DNA of 64,000 nt from Faecousia sp. (lineage in GTDB: Bacteria > Bacillota > Clostridia > Oscillospirales > Oscillospiraceae). Positions 59,679 to 64,000 of this stretch are shown piece after piece. Both the position numbers and the translations under genes were made by a program. The notes beneath the pieces are model-generated. The model was given only the letters and a program-made list of their open reading frames with translations. It had not been told where the DNA came from and made no database searches. The DNA is taken from the NCBI GenBank assembly GCA_045628065.1, contig JAZQOW010000054.1:20968-84967 (forward strand), read 5' to 3'. How positions within the stretch are numbered: position 1 is the stretch's first letter; every line of letters begins with the position of its first letter.

Positions 59679-60660
59679 CCGGGGTGAATCCATAGAAGGT
59701 CTCATAGAAATCTGCCGTATCCTTTCGGAAAGTTTCAGGCGTATAATCAGAGGGATGAAGCACGGCGCGCAGCCACAGAATGCCGAGCACGGCGGAGGGA
59801 ATCGGAGAATCCCACTCTTCAAAGGTGCCGGGGACGGTTACAATGTGGTTTTCCTTCACGGCGCGAAGGTCAGCAAGAACACTGTCGGAGGCCATATCCT
59901 CGGCGGTATAGGTTGCGCCTGCCGGAATGACGATATAGTCGGGATCGAGCTTCAGGATGGTTTCATAGGAGATTTCTTCCCAGTAGGTCTCCTCGGATTC
60001 GGCAAATGCATTCTTGCCGCCTGCAAGCGCGATCAGATCATTCTGGTACATGCCGGAGGGCGCTGCCTCCAGATAGGAGCCGTTGCCGCAGCAAAGCACA
60101 GAGGGCGTTTCGCCTTCCGGAGCAAAGCTGCTCAGCTTTTTGTCATAATAAGAGATCAGGTCATTTGCCTTTTTTTCGGCACCGCAGGCCGTACCGATGA
60201 GCGTCAGCATCTCGCGCAGATCGGCGTCCGTTTCAGGATTGACCACAATAGCCGGAATCCCGAGCTCTTCCAGAGCGGCTGCGGACTCCAGCTGCTTTTT
60301 CGGGAGGATCACAAGGTCAGGGGACAGGGAAGCGATTTTTTCAATGTTGATTTCCTTCATCGTTCCTACAGCGGGCAGGTCGATGATGGCAGGATCGACC
60401 ATTTTGTAAATCGGTCTTGTTTCGGCTTTCTTTTCAATGCCGACCAGCGCCTCCTTCAGTCCCAGAGAAAGCATGGCATAGGTCGATACATAATAGCAGC
60501 TGACGACCTTTTCGGCCTCTTTTTCAAGCTGTACGGTTCGTCCGGCCTGATCTGCCAGCGTGATCGACGGATCGGCGGGTGCAGCCTTCTGGCAGGCGGA
60601 CAGGGAAAATACGATGGACAGAAGCAGGAGAAGGGCAACGATGCGATTACGGAATTTCAT
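59650..60660 (-). CDS. ABC transporter substrate-binding lipoprotein (Peripla_BP_2 / cluster A type)
   Basis: ATG 60660 (MKFRNRIVALLLLLSIVFSLSAC, lipobox) follows GAGGT. Layout typical of FhuD/BtuF/MolA-class binders. Confidence 0.85.
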   Translation of the reverse strand: MKFRNRIVALLLLLSIVFSLSACQKAAPADPSITLADQAGRTVQLEKEAEKVVSCYYVSTYAMLSLGLKEALVGIEKKAETRPIYKMVDPAIIDLPAVGTMKEINIEKIASLSPDLVILPKKQLESAAALEELGIPAIVVNPETDADLREMLTLIGTACGAEKKANDLISYYDKKLSSFAPEGETPSVLCCGNGSYLEAAPSGMYQNDLIALAGGKNAFAESEETYWEEISYETILKLDPDYIVIPAGATYTAEDMASDSVLADLRAVKENHIVTVPGTFEEWDSPIPSAVLGILWLRAVLHPSDYTPETFRKDTADFYETFYGFTPDAEALASLG

Positions 60661-60696
60661 GTGGATTACCTCGTTTATCATATATTGTATAGTAAT

Positions 60697-60725
60697 ATCA
60701 TAGCATAATCGTCCGAAAATCGCAA
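60697..60725 (-). promoter_or_regulatory. sigma70-like promoter of the importer/Mo-hydroxylase operon
   Basis: Reverse strand: TTGCGA, 17-nt spacer, TATGAT. The leader is only about 30 nt. Confidence 0.5.
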
Positions 60726-60859
60726 GGCGCTTGAATGTGTGGGTAGAATGTGCGGCTTCTGTTTCATGCGTAAAAGCGATCCTTCGACCGGCGCAGAGGT
60801 ATAGGTTCTATGGCTGTGATAATTAACTAAAACAGGAATGAAAACAACGCATAGATTTT

Positions 60860-60918
60860 AAATTCGGAATAAAACCGTGCGTATTCTAATCATAAACGCT
60901 TGATATTGTTCCGAATTT
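60860..60918. repeat. 10-bp perfect inverted repeat bracketing the Fic promoter -35 region
   Basis: AAATTCGGAA (60860-60869) and TTCCGAATTT (60909-60918). The right arm lies in the promoter spacer. Confidence 0.7.
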
Positions 60919-60928
60919 GTGTTACAAT
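60900..60928 (+). promoter_or_regulatory. sigma70-like promoter for fic
   Basis: TTGATA, 17-nt spacer, TACAAT. Confidence 0.5.
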
Positions 60929-60959
60929 AATTACGAAAACTACTTGGGAGGAATCTCAA

Positions 60960-61856
60960 ATGGAATATATAAAGGTATCAAAAGCTGCGGAAAAGTGGGG
61001 GATCTCCACCCGACGTGTGCGCGTCCTGTGCGCAGAAGGAAAAATTCCGGGCGTGATTCGCAAAGGGAATCTGTACATGCTCCCGGAGAATGCGCAGAAG
61101 CCGTTGGACGGCAGATTGACACGTACCGGTACCCTTGCCGAAATTGAGCAGAAGCGTGAACGCCTGAATGAAATGCGTCCCCTTACCCCCGGCGAGGTAA
61201 AGCGCCTGCAAGAAGAATTTCTGATCGAGTTTACCTATAACTCCAATGCGATTGAGGGAAACACCCTGACGCTCAAAGAGACCGCCATGGTGCTGGAGGG
61301 CATGACGATTGATCAGAAGCCCCTGAAAGACCATTTGGAGGCGGTTGGTCACAGGGACGCATTTGTGTATATTCAGGATATTGCCAAGCAGGATGTTCCG
61401 GTCAGCGAATTTGTCATCAAGAACATTCATGCCCTTGTGCTCATGAATCAGCCGGAGGACAAAGGCGTGTTCCGCAAAATCCCGGTGCGTATCATGGGTG
61501 CGTACACGGAGCCGGTGCAGCCGTATCTCATCGAGCCGAAAATCACCGAGCTGCTGGCAGTAAACGAAGAACGAAAAACAGCCATGAATGTGCTTGAACG
61601 CATTGCCCGCTTCCACCTTGAATTCGAGGGGATTCACCCCTTCATTGACGGCAACGGCAGAACAGGCAGACTGATCATGAATCTCGACCTGATCCGCAGT
61701 GGCTTTCCACCTATCAACGTGAAGTTTACGGATCGCAAAAAATATTATGATGCTTTCGATGCCTACTATCGGGACGGAAATGTGGAAGCTATGATTGATC
61801 TTGTTGCGGGATATGTCAATAAGCGTTTGGATGAGTATCTAAAAACATTGATATAG
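60960..61856 (+). CDS. Fic family protein with N-terminal HTH domain
   Basis: ATG 60960 (MEYIKVSKAAEKWGISTRRVRVLCAEGKIPG, excisionase/MerR-like HTH) follows GGGAGGAA. Fic motif HPFIDGNGRTGR. Inhibitory-helix-like SNAIEG. Confidence 0.9.
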   Translation: MEYIKVSKAAEKWGISTRRVRVLCAEGKIPGVIRKGNLYMLPENAQKPLDGRLTRTGTLAEIEQKRERLNEMRPLTPGEVKRLQEEFLIEFTYNSNAIEGNTLTLKETAMVLEGMTIDQKPLKDHLEAVGHRDAFVYIQDIAKQDVPVSEFVIKNIHALVLMNQPEDKGVFRKIPVRIMGAYTEPVQPYLIEPKITELLAVNEERKTAMNVLERIARFHLEFEGIHPFIDGNGRTGRLIMNLDLIRSGFPPINVKFTDRKKYYDAFDAYYRDGNVEAMIDLVAGYVNKRLDEYLKTLI

Positions 61857-61889
61857 TCTATTCAGAACGAAAAATATGTGGTGATAAAA

Positions 61890-64000
61890 ATGACTCCAGA
61901 AGAAAAAGCGAGACAGCTTATTGATGCAAGACTGTTACAATCCGGTTGGGTATTGCAGGACTTGCGGAATGTTAATCCTATGGTATCACTTGGTGTAGCG
62001 GTTAGGGAATATCCTACCAGCACCGGGCCGGTTGACTATGCCCTTTTTGTTGATGGAAAAGCTGTCGGAGTTGTCGAAGCAAAGAAAGATGATTTCGGCG
62101 AAAATATTACGGCTGCAGAAGGACAGTCTGGGCGCTATGCGAATAGTAATTTCAAATATATTACTACGGATTATAATATTCGTTTTGCATATGAAGCCAC
62201 TGGTCAGCTTACCCGTTTTACCGATTATGCGGATAAGAAATATCGTTCCCGGCGCGTTTTTTCATTCCACCGCCCGGAAACGCTGCTTGCTCTGCTTGCA
62301 AAGGATGATACTATTCGCAATCATATGAAGCAGTTCCCCCAATTTGACACAACGGGATTTCGCAAATGCCAGATTACGGCTATTCGGAATTTGGACAATT
62401 CCTTCGCGGATAATCGACCAAAAGCACTTGTGCAAATGGCTACCGGTGCAGGAAAGACTTTCACGGCGATTACTGCTGCATATCGTCTTCTGAAATATGG
62501 CAAGATGAACCGTATTCTCTTCCTTGTGGATACCAAATCTCTGGGAGAACAGGCAGAAAGAGAGTTTCTTGCCTATAAGCCAAATGATGATAACCGTTCT
62601 TTTTCGGAGCTGTATGGTGTGCGCCGTTTGAAAAATTCTTACATACCGAATGACGTACAGATTTGTATCAGTACCATTCAGAGAATGTACTCTATTCTCA
62701 AAGGGGAGGAAATGGACGAGTCTGCCGAAGAAGAATCACTTTTTGAGCAGAGCGGAGCGAACACACAGACGGAAAAAGAGGTCGTATATAACGAAAAATA
62801 TCCACCGGAATTCTTTGACTGCATCATAGTTGATGAATGCCATCGGTCAATTTATAATGTCTGGAATCAGGTGCTTGCGTATTTCGATGCTTTTATCATT
62901 GGACTGACCGCCACGCCGGACAAGCGCACATTTGCCTTTTTCAATCAGAATGTGGTCAGCGAATATTCCAGAGAGCAGGCTATCATTGACGGCGTAAATG
63001 TCGGCGAGGATATTTTCCTCATCGAAACCAATGTTACAAGGAACGGCGCTCATATCATGAAGCAGCAGATCGAGTACCGTGACCGCTTAACCCGGGCAAA
63101 ACGCTGGAAGCAGATGGATGAAGATATAGATTACGATTCCGCAAAGCTGGATCGGGATGTGGTCAATCCAAGTCAGATACGTACAGTGATTCGCACCTTC
63201 AAAGAGAATCTCCCAACACAGCTATTCCCGCATCGCCGCGAAGTGCCTAAGACGCTGATTTTTGCAAAGACGGACAGCCACGCGGACGATATTATTCAGA
63301 TCGTCCGTGAGGAGTTCGGTGAAGGTAATGATTTTTGCCAGAAAATTACCTGTCAGGCTGACCGACCGGAAACTGTCCTCAGTGCATTTCGCAATGACTA
63401 CTATCCTCGTGTTGCTGTCACCGTTGATATGATTGCTACTGGCACTGACGTTAAGCCTATCGAATGCCTGATTTTCATGCGCGATGTCCGCAGCAAGAAC
63501 TATGTTGAGCAAATGAAAGGCCGTGGCACCCGTACTCTTGGCAAGGATGACCTTCAGAAGGTTACCCCTTCCGCTACAGAAAACAAAGACCATTTCGTTA
63601 TCGTAGATGCTGTTGGTGTCACGAGATCCAAAAAGACGGAAACCCGTACCCTTGTGCGGAAACCGTCTGTGAGCATGAGAGAACTGATGCTCAATGTGGC
63701 AATGGGTGCAAAGGACGAGGACACCCTCACATCTCTTGCAAATCGTGTTATTCGTCTCAACAGTCAGATGACCCCAAGGGAACGTGCGGAATTCAGTAAC
63801 ACAGTCGGTACAAGTGCTGGAAATCTTGCCCAGAATCTTCTGGATGCTTTTGACCTTGACGTTATTTCCCAGAGGGCAGGTGTTGACCTTTCCGATGAAT
63901 ACGAGCCGACAGAGGAAGAACAGCAGCGCATGGATGAGGTGAAAAAAGACCTCATTAAAGAGGCTGTCCAGCCGTTTTATAATCCGGATGTCCGCAACTT
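61890..64000 (+). CDS. hsdR: type I restriction enzyme R subunit (EcoAI-like), C-terminus beyond window
   Basis: Absent from the ORF track because it is open at the edge. My translation from ATG 61890 gives: MTPEEKARQLIDARLLQSGW; VDYALFVDGKAVGVVEAKK (PD-(D/E)xK core); MATGAGKTF (motif I); CIIVDECHRS (motif II); GLTATP (motif III); TVDMIATGTDVKP; YVEQMKGRGTR (motif VI). Confidence 0.85.
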   Translation, partial: MTPEEKARQLIDARLLQSGWVLQDLRNVNPMVSLGVAVREYPTSTGPVDYALFVDGKAVGVVEAKKDDFGENITAAEGQSGRYANSNFKYITTDYNIRFAYEATGQLTRFTDYADKKYRSRRVFSFHRPETLLALLAKDDTIRNHMKQFPQFDTTGFRKCQITAIRNLDNSFADNRPKALVQMATGAGKTFTAITAAYRLLKYGKMNRILFLVDTKSLGEQAEREFLAYKPNDDNRSFSELYGVRRLKNSYIPNDVQICISTIQRMYSILKGEEMDESAEEESLFEQSGANTQTEKEVVYNEKYPPEFFDCIIVDECHRSIYNVWNQVLAYFDAFIIGLTATPDKRTFAFFNQNVVSEYSREQAIIDGVNVGEDIFLIETNVTRNGAHIMKQQIEYRDRLTRAKRWKQMDEDIDYDSAKLDRDVVNPSQIRTVIRTFKENLPTQLFPHRREVPKTLIFAKTDSHADDIIQIVREEFGEGNDFCQKITCQADRPETVLSAFRNDYYPRVAVTVDMIATGTDVKPIECLIFMRDVRSKNYVEQMKGRGTRTLGKDDLQKVTPSATENKDHFVIVDAVGVTRSKKTETRTLVRKPSVSMRELMLNVAMGAKDEDTLTSLANRVIRLNSQMTPRERAEFSNTVGTSAGNLAQNLLDAFDLDVISQRAGVDLSDEYEPTEEEQQRMDEVKKDLIKEAVQPFYNPDVRN

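Noticed and set aside
60661-60959. Possible Moco or cobalamin riboswitch upstream of the importer/Mo-hydroxylase operon
   Set aside because: The best promoter leaves only about 30 nt of leader. I read the reverse strand of the whole intergenic region and saw no B12-box-like or Moco-like conserved elements. cmscan would be the decisive check.

Overview
GC-rich chromosomal segment of a monoderm, Clostridia-like bacterium. The taxon is inferred only from lipoboxes, LPXTG/sortase genes and a V-type ATPase. I can support 58 protein-coding genes; two run off the window edges and are therefore missing from the ORF track. I see no rRNA, tRNA, CRISPR array, transposase or integrase. Left to right: (1) a partial secreted metallophosphoesterase. 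(2) A DAACS symporter, dapF, an ApgM-like gene and thrC, divergent from hom, lysC, asd and a membrane protein; this is an aspartate-family pathway block with no canonical thrB. (3) YegP, a membrane-anchored cyclophilin, a MATE pump, a GNAT and a zinc-ribbon/Big_2/YARHG surface protein. (4) A YnbB-like PLP enzyme plus a DMT transporter. (5) Two tandem polar amino-acid ABC importers; the second has a circularly permuted binding protein. (6) An adaptor, MacB-type ATPase, FtsX permease and second adaptor forming an efflux module. (7) A nine-gene V-type ATPase operon with Na+-type proteolipid motifs. (8) nahK, a ROK protein and nagA. (9) An acyltransferase. (10) Two coiled-coil proteins followed by a sortase-dependent pilus island: an LPRTG protein, an apparently active signal peptidase I, a tip protein with Cys/His repeats, the backbone pilin, a class C sortase, a basal pilin with a polyproline tail, and a second sortase. 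(11) cysK. (12) A tightly coupled seven-gene operon joining a BtuCD/FecBCD-type ABC importer to a three-subunit molybdenum hydroxylase and a MocA-like gene. (13) A visibly lower-GC island that starts with a Fic protein and an EcoAI-like type I HsdR running off the window. Nothing here is unambiguously a new system. The best candidates for something undescribed are the importer-molybdoenzyme operon, the pilus island with its unusual tip protein, and the permuted binding protein. All functional calls rest on motifs I recognised in the translated ORFs. No database search, HMM scan or folding calculation was possible.
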